A DNA stretch of 64,000 nucleotides, from positions 9,945 to 73,944 of the forward strand of contig CAZPVP010000002.1 of assembly GCA_964590345.1 (NCBI GenBank), read 5' to 3'. Positions 1 to 10,043 of the stretch are shown one piece after another. The stretch is from an uncultured Gammaproteobacteria bacterium (GTDB taxonomy: Bacteria > Patescibacteriota > Patescibacteriia > CAIXNZ01). The notes below the pieces were generated by a model that saw only the letters and a list, made by a program, of their open reading frames with translations, had not been told where the DNA came from and searched no databases. The translations under genes and the position numbers were made by a program. Position 1 is the first letter of the stretch. Every line of letters begins with the position of its first letter.

Positions 1-2
1 TT

Positions 3-317
3 GTTGCTGAAGATTATATTGGTACTGGTATAGCTTGGGGTATGGCTACAGGAGTTGATAAAAATTTGCTTTATAACATGAATTCTCATTTGCTTAAAGA
101 AAATTTAGGCATTTTATTTGAAGGCGACCCATTTCCTAAAGATTTAGATAAAAATAATGTCCATGAAGCAAGCATAGAAACATTAGAAAAAGTATCAAAA
201 GCTTTTAAAGAAATTGCTAAAGATTTTAATTGGCATACAATTAATGCCAACCAATCAATTGAAGAAGTCCAAAAGGAAATTCAAGCTATTATCAAAAGTA
301 AATTAATTATTTTATAA
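3..317 (+). CDS. tmk: Thymidylate kinase, C-terminal part (5' truncated by window edge)
   Basis: Frame is open from base 3 (VAEDYIGTGIAWG, equivalent to the dTMP kinase DRY..S.AYQ motif) and ends INANQSIEEV, like dTMP kinase C-termini. Confidence 0.7.
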   Translation, partial: VAEDYIGTGIAWGMATGVDKNLLYNMNSHLLKENLGILFEGDPFPKDLDKNNVHEASIETLEKVSKAFKEIAKDFNWHTINANQSIEEVQKEIQAIIKSKLIIL

Positions 318-375
318 TTTTAATTAATAAATTATCCGCTTTTGCTTAAAATTGTAGCGGATTTGGAAAAATTTT

Positions 376-1095
376 ATGGTAAAAAATCTTATTTCTGTTT
401 CAGCAATTATTAAAAAAGGCTGGCAACTTTATACCGAAAACTTTCAAATTTTTGCCACACCTATTTTGATTATATTAGCGCCTTATATTATTTTATACCT
501 TGTCCAATATTTTAAGGTGCCTGGCATGGCTATTTTAACTCTAATTTTAACTCTTATCTCAATTATTATTAACCTTTGGGCAGCTATTTTGTTCATTATA
601 ATGATTGATAAAATTTATAAAAAAGAATCATTTGACATCAATAATCTTTATAAGCAAGCCCGGCATAAAATACTTTCCTATTTATTAGTTTCAATTTTAG
701 TTTTTCTAATTGTTTTAGGTGGTTTTATTTTATTAATTATCCCTGGCATAATTTTTGCTATTTGGTATGCTTTTGCTGTTTATTATAATATTTTAGAAAA
801 TAAAAAAGGCTTGACCGCTTTGAAAAGCAGTAAAAAATTAGTTAAAGGCCGTTGGGGTAAAACCGCCTGGCGATTAATTATCCCCCCTTTATTTGTTTAT
901 TTCATTGTTATGATTGTTGCTACGGCTTTAATATATTTATTGACAAATGGTCAAATTGATATGCTGTCTTATGAACAAAATATCTTACTTAATGCTTTAA
1001 CAACAATTATTTTATCGATCTTGACTCCTTTATTTATTGCCTTCACTATTTATTTATTTAATAGTTTAAAAAAAACAAAACAGCAAGCAACGTGA
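376..1095 (+). CDS. Integral membrane protein (LLIIPGI motif family)
   Basis: About 5-6 hydrophobic segments; GFILLIIPGIIFAIWY and ALKSSKKLVKGRW motifs. Confidence 0.75.
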   Translation: MVKNLISVSAIIKKGWQLYTENFQIFATPILIILAPYIILYLVQYFKVPGMAILTLILTLISIIINLWAAILFIIMIDKIYKKESFDINNLYKQARHKILSYLLVSILVFLIVLGGFILLIIPGIIFAIWYAFAVYYNILENKKGLTALKSSKKLVKGRWGKTAWRLIIPPLFVYFIVMIVATALIYLLTNGQIDMLSYEQNILLNALTTIILSILTPLFIAFTIYLFNSLKKTKQQAT

Positions 1096-1130
1096 ACAAC
1101 AAGCTAATATAAAAATTATAATCAAATAAT

Positions 1131-2678
1131 ATGGAGCTTGAAGCAGTAATTGGGCTTGAAATTCATGTCCAGTTAAAAACTAAAACTAAAATGTTTTGCT
1201 CATGCGATAATAATGCTGAAAATAAAGCGGCTAATACTTATATTTGCCCGATTTGTTTGGGACATCCTGGCGTCTTGCCAGTAGCCAATAAACAGGCCAT
1301 TGAATGGTCGGCTTTAGTTTCTCTTGCTCTCAACTGCAGAATTAATGAATTCTCAAAATTTGATCGTAAGCATTATTATTATCCTGACTTGCCCAAAGCT
1401 TATCAAATTTCTCAATATGACCAACCAATTGGCAAAGCTGGCTGGTTATATATTTTAAATCCAAAGACAAATGAAGAAGAAAAAATTATAATTAATCGCT
1501 TGCATTTGGAAGAAGATGCAGCAAAACTATTGCATTCTACAGACAAAAAACACAGCTTAGTTGATTTTAATCGCGGCGGCACACCGCTTATGGAAATTGT
1601 AACTGAACCAGACATTAAAAGCCCAGCTCAGGCTAAATTATTTTTACAAGAATTACGTCAAATAATGCGCTATTTAGAAATTTCTGATGCTGATATGGAA
1701 AAAGGCCAATTACGTTGCGATGCCAATATTTCTTTGCGTCCTAAAGGAGAAAATAAATATTACCCCAAAACTGAAATTAAAAACCTAAATTCTTTTAAGA
1801 TGGTAGAAAAAGCCTTGGAATATGAAATTTCCCGTCAAACCAAACTTTGGCTAAAAGGAAAGCCGCCTGAAGAATTAACAACACGGGGCTGGAATGATAA
1901 TAAAGGCTTTACAGAGCAACAACGAACAAAAGAAGAGGCTCATGACTATCGTTATTTCCCAGAACCAGATATCCCCCCAATTCGTTTTTTAACCCGTCCA
2001 GATAAAATATGTAATGAAAAAGAAATTGGCATTGATATTGAATGTCTAAAAGCCAATTTACCAGAGCTGCCAAATGATAAAAGAAAAAGATTTATTGCCC
2101 AATATGATTTAAATTATGAAGATGTAAAAATTTTGACCGTAGAAAAAAATCGCGCTGATTTTACTGAACAAGTTTTTTCCGAACTTAAAAATTGGATAGA
2201 AAATATCTTAGAAAAAGCTGCAAACAAGGAAGACCTTTGGGAAAAAAACAGACCTCAATTAATTAAATTAACTGCTAACTGGTTAATTAATAAACTTATT
2301 CCTTTATTAGAAGAAAAAGGAATAACTATTAAAACAATTAAAATGACGCCTGAAAATATGGCTGAACTAATTACTTTGCTTTTTGCTAAAAAATTAAATA
2401 GCACTGCAGCTGCTGAACTTTTAACTGAAATGATTGAAACAGGTGCTGACCCATCCCATTTAATTAAAGACAAAGATTTAGGCCAAATTTCTGATGAATC
2501 TGAATTGGAAAATATCATCGATAAAATAATTAAAGATAACCCCCAACCAGTAGAAGATTATAAAAAAGGCAAAGAAAAAGCCTTGCAATCTTTAATTGGC
2601 AAAGTAATGGCTCAAACCAAAGGAAAAGCTAATGCTGAAATTGTACTAAAATTACTAAAAAACAAACTAAAATCTTGA
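1131..2678 (+). CDS. gatB: Asp/Glu-tRNA amidotransferase subunit B
   Basis: IGLEIHVQL, FDRKHYYYPDLPKAYQISQ, LHLEEDA, GQLRCDANIS, DYRYFPEPD. Confidence 0.98.
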   Translation: MELEAVIGLEIHVQLKTKTKMFCSCDNNAENKAANTYICPICLGHPGVLPVANKQAIEWSALVSLALNCRINEFSKFDRKHYYYPDLPKAYQISQYDQPIGKAGWLYILNPKTNEEEKIIINRLHLEEDAAKLLHSTDKKHSLVDFNRGGTPLMEIVTEPDIKSPAQAKLFLQELRQIMRYLEISDADMEKGQLRCDANISLRPKGENKYYPKTEIKNLNSFKMVEKALEYEISRQTKLWLKGKPPEELTTRGWNDNKGFTEQQRTKEEAHDYRYFPEPDIPPIRFLTRPDKICNEKEIGIDIECLKANLPELPNDKRKRFIAQYDLNYEDVKILTVEKNRADFTEQVFSELKNWIENILEKAANKEDLWEKNRPQLIKLTANWLINKLIPLLEEKGITIKTIKMTPENMAELITLLFAKKLNSTAAAELLTEMIETGADPSHLIKDKDLGQISDESELENIIDKIIKDNPQPVEDYKKGKEKALQSLIGKVMAQTKGKANAEIVLKLLKNKLKS

Positions 2679-2704
2679 CAAATTTTTAAAAACATGTTAT
2701 ATTA
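2676..2704 (+). promoter_or_regulatory. Sigma70-type promoter for the 2747 ORF
   Basis: TTGACA-N17-TATATT. Confidence 0.55.
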
Positions 2705-2746
2705 TGATTATCTAAATACTTTCTAACAATTAATAACTATTAACTT

Positions 2747-3118
2747 ATGAAAGGATTTGAATCTATGATGCCAGAAAAACAACCCCCTAAAGACGAGCCT
2801 CGCATCGCTCAACAGCGATCAATTGGCGAGGAAGTTGAATTGGAAGAATTAGGCGAGGAAATTGAAAAAGAATTAGCCGCTGAAGAAGAGCAAAAGCAAT
2901 CACCAGAAGAACAAATTAGAAACTTTTATACTTCAAAATCTTGGTCAAAATGGCAGGAAGTTAAAGACAGTGCTAAGTCAGAAATAAAAGAACCTGTCAG
3001 ACAGGAAGTTTTGACCAAATTACACGAATTAGAAAATCAAGTCGCTGGCAATGAAAAATTAGAAAAAGCAATTAATTTGATTAAAGATGAGCTTGAAAAA
3101 GATGCGGGACACGCTTAA
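2747..3118 (+). CDS. Hypothetical acidic protein
   Basis: 123-aa Glu-rich ORF between a promoter and a terminator. Confidence 0.65.
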   Translation: MKGFESMMPEKQPPKDEPRIAQQRSIGEEVELEELGEEIEKELAAEEEQKQSPEEQIRNFYTSKSWSKWQEVKDSAKSEIKEPVRQEVLTKLHELENQVAGNEKLEKAINLIKDELEKDAGHA

Positions 3119-3141
3119 ATGCCTAATCTGGTATAAATAAA

Positions 3142-3176
3142 AAATCCGACCTTTCATTTATTGACAGGTCGGATTT
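3142..3176. terminator. Bidirectional intrinsic terminator
   Basis: AAATCCGACCT...AGGTCGGATTT inverted repeat between convergent ORFs. Confidence 0.7.
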
Positions 3177-3528
3177 ATTTTTTGCTAAAAGTTTTGGTAT
3201 GCTCCTTATCAAAAAAAATCAGTGATTTGACCCCGGCAATAGGAATAATTATGGCCTGCCTTGCCTTGTCATAATAAATAGAATCTTGCTTATATTCTTC
3301 GGTTAGACAAATTCCTTTTGAAACATAAGGAAATTTTCGGTTTTCACCTATTACTCTTATATTGAGAATCAACACACTTGTTCTGACTGCTTCGTGGTCG
3401 GCAATAAGTTCAATTACAACCTGATCTGGCCAAAATTTCACTTTCTTAATTCTTTTCATGGCCTCATTAAAATCAATTACAATTTTTTTTATCGGCTCAC
3501 GCAAATGATTAAAATCTTGAATAACCAA
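3175..3528 (-). CDS. Hypothetical protein
   Basis: 117-aa ORF; TTG start preceded by AGGAGGTGA. Confidence 0.6.
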   Translation of the reverse strand: MVIQDFNHLREPIKKIVIDFNEAMKRIKKVKFWPDQVVIELIADHEAVRTSVLILNIRVIGENRKFPYVSKGICLTEEYKQDSIYYDKARQAIIIPIAGVKSLIFFDKEHTKTFSKK

Positions 3529-3677
3529 TTTTTCTCACCTCCTTTTTGTAGAATTTATGAACGCTAACTGTTCATAATTAAAAATCTTGTATCTTTTATA
3601 TTTACATAAAAATTTATTTTTGTCAATCTACAACACCATAAAAATTTAATTTTGTCAAATTTCTGTACTTAAATCGC

Positions 3678-4568
3678 TTATTTTAAAATCCATTGTTTAA
3701 CAATTTTTTCTATTTTTTTATGATCATTTTCCCAAATTATTTCTTTGTCTTTTTTAAACCAAGTCATTTGCCTTTTCGCATAATGGATAATATCATATTC
3801 CAATCGTTCCAGCATTGCTTCTTTACTAATCATGCCTCTTAAATAACGAGAAACCCAACGATATTCCAAACCAAAATTATCCAGTCTTTGCCAGCTAACG
3901 CCTTGCTCATGCAGTCTTTTGACTTCAGCTACCATCCCCTGCCTCATGCGGATATACAAACGATCGTGAATGCGTTTTTTAAGTTCTTGCCAATCCCTCT
4001 TGACTCCGATTTTTAAAACATCGTATTTTTGTAATCTTTTATATTTTGGCACGGGCTTGCCAGAAATCATAACTATTTCCAAAGCCCTAATTAAGCGCCT
4101 TTTATTATTTTTATCAATATTTTTTGCTCTTTGCGGGTCTAATTTTTTAAGTTTTTCAAATAATTTTTCTGCGCTTAATGTTTCTAATTTTTGGCGTAAT
4201 TTGAGATCAGGCTTAACTCCTTTTGGCAACCCATAAAGTAAGACGTCAATCCAAAAGCCGGTTCCCCCGCAAACAATTGGCAATTTACCTTTTTTACTGA
4301 TTTTATTTATGGCTTTTTGCGCATCCCTAACAAACTTGAATACATTATAATCGGTTTTAGGCGAAACCATATCCAGAAGATAATGCTTAATGCCCTGCAT
4401 TTCTTTTTTTGTCGCTTTACCAGTACCAATGTCCATACCTTTATAAACCTGACGTGAATCAGCTGAAATCACTTCCCCATTAAACTTTTTAGCTAATTTA
4501 ATAGACAAACTGGTTTTGCCACTGGCATTTGGACCAACAATGACTAATATTTTTTGTTTATTTGACAT
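3678..4568 (-). CDS. miaA: tRNA dimethylallyltransferase
   Basis: GPNASGKT P-loop, SADSRQVYKGMDIGTGK, YAKRQMTWF. Confidence 0.97.
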   Translation of the reverse strand: MSNKQKILVIVGPNASGKTSLSIKLAKKFNGEVISADSRQVYKGMDIGTGKATKKEMQGIKHYLLDMVSPKTDYNVFKFVRDAQKAINKISKKGKLPIVCGGTGFWIDVLLYGLPKGVKPDLKLRQKLETLSAEKLFEKLKKLDPQRAKNIDKNNKRRLIRALEIVMISGKPVPKYKRLQKYDVLKIGVKRDWQELKKRIHDRLYIRMRQGMVAEVKRLHEQGVSWQRLDNFGLEYRWVSRYLRGMISKEAMLERLEYDIIHYAKRQMTWFKKDKEIIWENDHKKIEKIVKQWILK

Positions 4569-4620
4569 ATTATTTATTATAAGCTAAATTAAAAAAAGAG
4601 CAAAAACAAGGAGGTAAAAA

Positions 4621-4920
4621 ATGGATCTTGAAATTGTATTTAAGTGTATCTTCATCTACATAGTCATTGCAAATACAGTTAGCCCCATAAGTATAGCCTT
4701 TGCAGAAGAATCCGGTTGGGTAAAAGGTGAATGGATTTACCTAAATGACCATAAATGGCTTGCCCGAATCCGAATATTAATTAGGCATGTGACAATTTAC
4801 GAATTGTACTCAATTATCTTTTGTCTGCCTAGCTTGCTATTCTGCATAATTCTCATGATAATGACCATTATAAATGCCTGCACACCCATGCCCAAATTTG
4901 ATAGAATCAAAAAAAATTAA
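4621..4920 (+). CDS. Small hypothetical membrane protein
   Basis: Two hydrophobic segments; AGGAGG RBS; lies antisense between miaB and miaA. Confidence 0.55.
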   Translation: MDLEIVFKCIFIYIVIANTVSPISIAFAEESGWVKGEWIYLNDHKWLARIRILIRHVTIYELYSIIFCLPSLLFCIILMIMTIINACTPMPKFDRIKKN

Positions 4921-4930
4921 AGTCACGAAA

Positions 4931-6232
4931 TCAAATTTCGCCCTCTAACCTGAAGCTTTCTGCTCGGGTTATTTTTATTTTGACAAATTTACTTAATAAT
5001 TTTTTCTTGGATTTAAATTTTACCGCCTTAAAAGTTCTGGTTTTGCCCAGCCAAATATCATCTTTGACTTTTTTGTCAACTAAAACTTCAACGGTCTCGC
5101 CTACTAATTTCAAATTATTTTCCAAAGCAGTTTGCTTTAATATTTTAGTTAAAACTTCTTCCCGTCTTTTTTTCTCAGTTTTTGGTATATTATCTTTTAA
5201 TTTAGCTGCGGCTGTTTCTTCTCTGGGTGAATATTGAGCCACATATGCCATGTCAAACTTAATTTCTTTCATTAATTTAGCCGTATTATCAAATTGTTTT
5301 TTTGTTTCGCCTGGAAAACCGACAATAATATCAGTTGAAATTGCTACTTCCGGTATTTGTTGGCGGATTTTTTTAATCAAATTTTTATAATGCGAAACAG
5401 TATAGCCACGATTCATTTTTTTCAAAATTTGATTATCTCCCGCCTGAATTGGCAAATGAATATATTCAGTTATTTTTTTATTTTGAGCAATAATGTTAAT
5501 CAATTTGTCAGACAGATCCTTGGGATGACTGGTTACAAAGCGCAACCAAAAATCACCTTTTAGATTGGCAATTGCCTCAAGCAAATCTGGGAAATCATTA
5601 ATTTTTGGCTTAGAGCTTTGGGCTTGGGGCTTTGGGCTATACGAATTAACGTTTTGGCCTAATAAAATTACTTCTTTATAACCTTGCGAAATTAATTCTT
5701 TAACCTCTTCAATTACTTCCTCAGGCGAACGCGATTCCTCTCTGCCTCGCACATAAGGCACAATACAATAAGCGCAAAAATTATTACAGCCAGTCATGAT
5801 TGGCACATAAGCAGTAAAAGAACTCTGATATTTTGGTTTAATTGAAAAATAAGTCTCAATTTTTTGCTGTTCACCTTTTTTATTCAATAATTCAGGTAAT
5901 TTTTGTAAATCTTTAATATTCAAAAAAATGTCAATATTTTTCAAACGCTTAATTACCTCCTTACGTAAAGCCATACAACCGGTTAAAATCACTTTGAGCT
6001 TAGGGCTTTGGGCTTTGAGCTTTTTTATGTGGCGCATTAAACCATAAACTCGGTCTTCAGCTGACTGACGCACCGAACAAGTAACTAAAACGATTAAATC
6101 AGCTTGTTCTTTATTGTCAGCTTCTTTATAACCAATAGAGTGCAAAAGTGATGCTACTCGTTCAGCATCACTTTTATTCATCTGGCAGCCATATATTTGA
6201 ATATAATATTTCATATGTTGGGTATTAGGCAT
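4931..6232 (-). CDS. miaB: tRNA-2-methylthio-N6-dimethylallyladenosine synthase (start may be the second Met, 6214)
   Basis: GCQMNKSD, TCSVR, GCNNFCAYCIVPYVRG radical SAM motif, C-terminal TRAM-like segment. Confidence 0.96.
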   Translation of the reverse strand: MPNTQHMKYYIQIYGCQMNKSDAERVASLLHSIGYKEADNKEQADLIVLVTCSVRQSAEDRVYGLMRHIKKLKAQSPKLKVILTGCMALRKEVIKRLKNIDIFLNIKDLQKLPELLNKKGEQQKIETYFSIKPKYQSSFTAYVPIMTGCNNFCAYCIVPYVRGREESRSPEEVIEEVKELISQGYKEVILLGQNVNSYSPKPQAQSSKPKINDFPDLLEAIANLKGDFWLRFVTSHPKDLSDKLINIIAQNKKITEYIHLPIQAGDNQILKKMNRGYTVSHYKNLIKKIRQQIPEVAISTDIIVGFPGETKKQFDNTAKLMKEIKFDMAYVAQYSPREETAAAKLKDNIPKTEKKRREEVLTKILKQTALENNLKLVGETVEVLVDKKVKDDIWLGKTRTFKAVKFKSKKKLLSKFVKIKITRAESFRLEGEI

Positions 6233-6248
6233 TAGTTCAAGGAAAAAA

Positions 6249-8018
6249 TTAATTTATAACTTTATCCTCGATTTCCTTTTTTATCTGCTTAATAAACTTA
6301 TCTAGCTTTTGCTGACCTAAATCGCCTTTACCTCGTTTTCTCACTGCCACTTCTTTTTTCTTAACTTCTTTATCACCAACAACCAAAATATAAGGAATTT
6401 TATCTTTTTCACCTTTGCGTATTTTATTACCAACAGTTTCATTGGCTAAATCTAATTCTGTACGAATACCTTGAGCTTTTAATTTTTCATCGACCTCTTG
6501 ACAATAAATTTTATGATCAGCACCAATATTGATTATTTTAACTTGAATTGGTGATAACCAAACAGGAAAAGCTCCGCCATAATGTTCTATCAGTAAAACC
6601 AAAAATCTTTCATAAGAACCGAGTACCGCCCTATGTACCATAATCACATTTTCTTCTTTGCCTTTTTCATTGGTATAAACTAAATTGAATCTTTTGGGAG
6701 TAGCAAAATCAAGCTGGACTGTTGGGATTTGGATTTCCTTGCCTAAGGCGTCTTTAAACATAAAATCAAGTTTTGGCCCGTATAAAGCTGCTTCGCCTTC
6801 GCATCGCTTCGCATCAAGCTTCATTTCCTTGGATATCTCTTCCAGCATTTTTTCACATTTATTCCAATCTTTTGGCTCGCCAATATATTTTTCAGGATGA
6901 TCATAATCTCTAACCGAAAGAGAAACCCAGTGATTACCCCATAAACCTAAAGCCGAATAAAAATCTTTAATAATATTTATCATATTTTTGACTTCATCTT
7001 TAACTTGATCTAAACGGCAAAATGAATGTCCATCTTCTACTGTAATTGCGTATACCCGGCTTAATCCACCAATTTCACCTGGTTTTTCTGCTCTATATTG
7101 TTTTCCTGATTCCATATAACGAATCGGCAAATCTTTATAAGAACGTTTATGAGCAGCATAAATTTGGGTTTGATGAGGACATTGGACTGGTTTAATCACA
7201 AAATTATGGCCTCTTTTTGAAGTAACCCGAAAAAGCTCTTCTGGAAATTTCTTGGCATGACCTGAAATTTCATACAATTCTAGCTTGGCTAAATGAGGTG
7301 TCATCACTTTTTCAAAACCATAACTGTGGCAAACTTTTTCAATATGATTTTTTAATTCATCGATAATAATTACACCCTTTGGCGCGAAAAGCGGTAAGCC
7401 AGAACCTACTAAGTCAGAGAAACAAAACAAATCCTGTTCTTTACCAATTTTACGATGATCTCTTTTTTCAGCTTCTTCAATCATTTTTAAATATTTATCC
7501 AATTCTTCTTTGGTTTCAAAAGCTGTACCGTAAATTCTTTGCAGCATTTTATTGTTTTCATCACCCCGCCAATAAGCACCGGCTACTTTAAGTAATCTAA
7601 AAGGGCCAATCTTACCAGATGATTCAAGGTGTGGTCCGGAACATAGATCTTCAAAAATATCGCCTAATTTATAAAAAGTAACTTTTTTCTGGCTTTCTTT
7701 TTCCAATTCTTTAATCAATTCAATTTTATAAGGCTGATCTTTCATTCGTTTTAAAGCTTCCTTAATCGTCATATCTTCTTTGCTAAATTTTAAATTTTGC
7801 TTAATTATATGCTTCATTTTTTTCTCAATTTTTGGCAAATCATCTTCTGAAATTGTCTGATCGCCCAAATCAAAATCATAATAAAATCCATCCTCAATTG
7901 TCGGACCAATGGCAAACTTAACTTTATCGCCATAAATCTGCTTAACAGCCGCTGCCATAACATGGGCAGTTGAATGACGCATAATGTCTAAATTGGATTG
8001 TTTTTTAGTTTCTTTCAT
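6249..8018 (-). CDS. thrS: Threonine--tRNA ligase (lacks N-terminal TGS domain)
   Basis: RHSTAH, DLCSGPH, GAYWRG, RDHRKIG, ALYGPKLD, HRAVLGSYERF. Confidence 0.97.
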   Translation of the reverse strand: MKETKKQSNLDIMRHSTAHVMAAAVKQIYGDKVKFAIGPTIEDGFYYDFDLGDQTISEDDLPKIEKKMKHIIKQNLKFSKEDMTIKEALKRMKDQPYKIELIKELEKESQKKVTFYKLGDIFEDLCSGPHLESSGKIGPFRLLKVAGAYWRGDENNKMLQRIYGTAFETKEELDKYLKMIEEAEKRDHRKIGKEQDLFCFSDLVGSGLPLFAPKGVIIIDELKNHIEKVCHSYGFEKVMTPHLAKLELYEISGHAKKFPEELFRVTSKRGHNFVIKPVQCPHQTQIYAAHKRSYKDLPIRYMESGKQYRAEKPGEIGGLSRVYAITVEDGHSFCRLDQVKDEVKNMINIIKDFYSALGLWGNHWVSLSVRDYDHPEKYIGEPKDWNKCEKMLEEISKEMKLDAKRCEGEAALYGPKLDFMFKDALGKEIQIPTVQLDFATPKRFNLVYTNEKGKEENVIMVHRAVLGSYERFLVLLIEHYGGAFPVWLSPIQVKIINIGADHKIYCQEVDEKLKAQGIRTELDLANETVGNKIRKGEKDKIPYILVVGDKEVKKKEVAVRKRGKGDLGQQKLDKFIKQIKKEIEDKVIN

Positions 8019-8108
8019 CTTTTTGTTTTATTAAGGTTATTAGTTTATTTAGTTATTAGTTATTTCAGCCAAAAGCCGAGCAGCCTTTGGCTGGGATTAT
8101 TGGTTATT

Positions 8109-8365
8109 AAAAAATGGGTCTCAAAACGACAAAATTACAATAAAATCATCGTCTTGGGACCCATTTTATAAGGCGGTTCCACCCAAGTTCCCTTCGTAGC
8201 TCTAATCAAAATTATAGAATTCTGGTATTTCTTTTTTATGATTATGCAACCAAGAGCGAAGAAGAGCGCTTAATTCCTATCCCCAAAGCTTAGTAAGTGC
8301 CTTACGGACAACTTAAACCAAATATGGCTAAGCGATTGGTCGTCGCTTCAATCACTTTTAGAGAT
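8109..8365 (-). promoter_or_regulatory. T-box riboswitch leader of thrS
   Basis: Minus strand GGGTGGAACCGCC T-box (8184-8172); CTTGGG/CCCAAG antiterminator; overlapping terminator hairpin 8167-8109 with U-tract; hairpin 8348-8330 with Thr codon ACC in its loop. Confidence 0.85.
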
Positions 8366-8371
8366 ATTTAA

Positions 8372-8400
8372 ATAATAAAATACTGCCTAATTTATGTCAA
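8372..8400 (-). promoter_or_regulatory. Sigma70 promoter of the T-box/thrS transcript
   Basis: TTGACA-N17-TATTAT. Confidence 0.75.
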
Positions 8401-8403
8401 GAT

Positions 8404-8841
8404 TCACATTTCTTTTGTAAAAGTAGCTTTTTCTAAAAGCTCATCCATTAAATCCTCGTGTGTTTTTTTAAATTTAGCTTTAATTTTATTAACTGTTTCT
8501 TCCAGCTCTTTTTTTGTATATTTAACATCATCAAAACTTATTAATTCACCATCTTTATCAAATTCAAAAACTTCTTTTTGATCGCCTTTATCATCCAAAT
8601 ATTCTAAAATATAAGCACCATTAGCTAAAACATAAATTCTAGCGCCTTCAAAACCTTTATCAATGACGAATTTTTCTACTTTTTGATAAGAATCACGTTC
8701 AGTTATCTTCTTAACGGCGTCTTCTTCATCATCAATACCCTCGGGAATATCCCAATCTTCCAACTCTATTAACTCCTCCTCTTTCCCTTCCTCGTTGCCC
8801 AATTCAAAAAGATTTTGCTCCCCCATCTCGGTTTTGAACAT
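8404..8841 (-). CDS. Hypothetical acidic protein
   Basis: 145-aa ORF 9 bp downstream of the 8851-9978 gene. Confidence 0.65.
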   Translation of the reverse strand: MFKTEMGEQNLFELGNEEGKEEELIELEDWDIPEGIDDEEDAVKKITERDSYQKVEKFVIDKGFEGARIYVLANGAYILEYLDDKGDQKEVFEFDKDGELISFDDVKYTKKELEETVNKIKAKFKKTHEDLMDELLEKATFTKEM

Positions 8842-8850
8842 AAATTAAAA

Positions 8851-9978
8851 TTATTTAATTATTCTTACTATAATATGATCTTGAAAATATGGAACTTTTT
8901 TTAGCCAAGATGGGAAAAAGCCTATTTCAACTTTTTCAATCTCGTCAAAATTTTCCAAATACGCTTTCATTTCATCAAAATTAAGTTTAGCTAATTTATC
9001 TTTATCTAAAATTTCGCTATCTTCACTAATAATAACAACTCCGGCAATATTGGTTTTTATTTGGGCTAATTTATTATCCAAATCATATTTTTCTATCTCA
9101 TAAATCAAATTGTCGCTATTTGTCGCAACTATTTCTTTATCCAGAGATACAGCGCCTTCTAAAACTTTTTCAGCAAAAATCTGGACTGGCTTTTCATCAA
9201 ATATAATACCAATTACTTTTACGGTCAAATTAACCATGTACTCTGAAACTTCATCACCGACTTCATTACTTATTTCTCGTTCAATTATCTCTTTCGTTAA
9301 AATTTTTGCTTTATTGCTATCGTCTTCAGCAAAAATTTGCTGCGCTAATTCTTCAGAAAAACTCTCAACTGCCTGGTCTAATTCTTCTTGAGAGATTGCC
9401 GAAACCATCTCGCCATCAGCAACAAAATCCTGATCAGCTTCTGCATAAACAAATTCCTGCAAAGTGGCGCTTAAACCAGGAATAGCAAATTTTGTATCTG
9501 CTTTAGCTAATGGTTTACTCGGATCATCAGCATAAACATCGGCTTCTATGCTATCACCAGCCGGAATATTAACCCTGTTTTTTAATCTAAACAAAATCCC
9601 TTCAGGCGTTAAAAGTCTAGTTGTTGCTACTAAAACTTGATCGCGTGATAAATTATTAATTAATTTCACTTTACCTACTATATCACCAACCTTTTGCTTA
9701 GTGCCCGTAGTCATAAAATTTTTCTCACCTTCAAGCGTCTGATTAACAATTTTACCATTAAAAATGCCCTCCTCAATATTTTCAGCAGCAGGATCTTCAA
9801 CTACAATAAAATTGAAATCCGTAGTAATTTCCTGTTTATTGGGATAAACATTAATATAAGCGTAAGAAAGCGTAAAATAAAAAATCAAACCAATCAAAAT
9901 AAGGGTTAAAATTATAAAACTCAAAGCAATCTTTTTGTAGATATTCAAAGGAGGGTTAATTGTTTGTCTTTTTGCCAT
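8851..9978 (-). CDS. Single-TM anchored surface protein (CPR-type, weak baseplate-J-like region)
   Basis: N-terminal TM helix; LVATTRLLTPEGILFRL and FAIPGL motifs. Confidence 0.65.
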   Translation of the reverse strand: MAKRQTINPPLNIYKKIALSFIILTLILIGLIFYFTLSYAYINVYPNKQEITTDFNFIVVEDPAAENIEEGIFNGKIVNQTLEGEKNFMTTGTKQKVGDIVGKVKLINNLSRDQVLVATTRLLTPEGILFRLKNRVNIPAGDSIEADVYADDPSKPLAKADTKFAIPGLSATLQEFVYAEADQDFVADGEMVSAISQEELDQAVESFSEELAQQIFAEDDSNKAKILTKEIIEREISNEVGDEVSEYMVNLTVKVIGIIFDEKPVQIFAEKVLEGAVSLDKEIVATNSDNLIYEIEKYDLDNKLAQIKTNIAGVVIISEDSEILDKDKLAKLNFDEMKAYLENFDEIEKVEIGFFPSWLKKVPYFQDHIIVRIIK

Positions 9979-10043
9979 AATGTTATTTTTATTTAATTAA
10001 TTTCATTATTAATAGTATAACAAATTACGGACTTTTTGAAAAT

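Noticed and set aside
8851-9978. Possible prophage or contractile-tail gene
   Set aside because: Membrane-anchored, flanked by dnaE and thrS, with no other phage genes nearby
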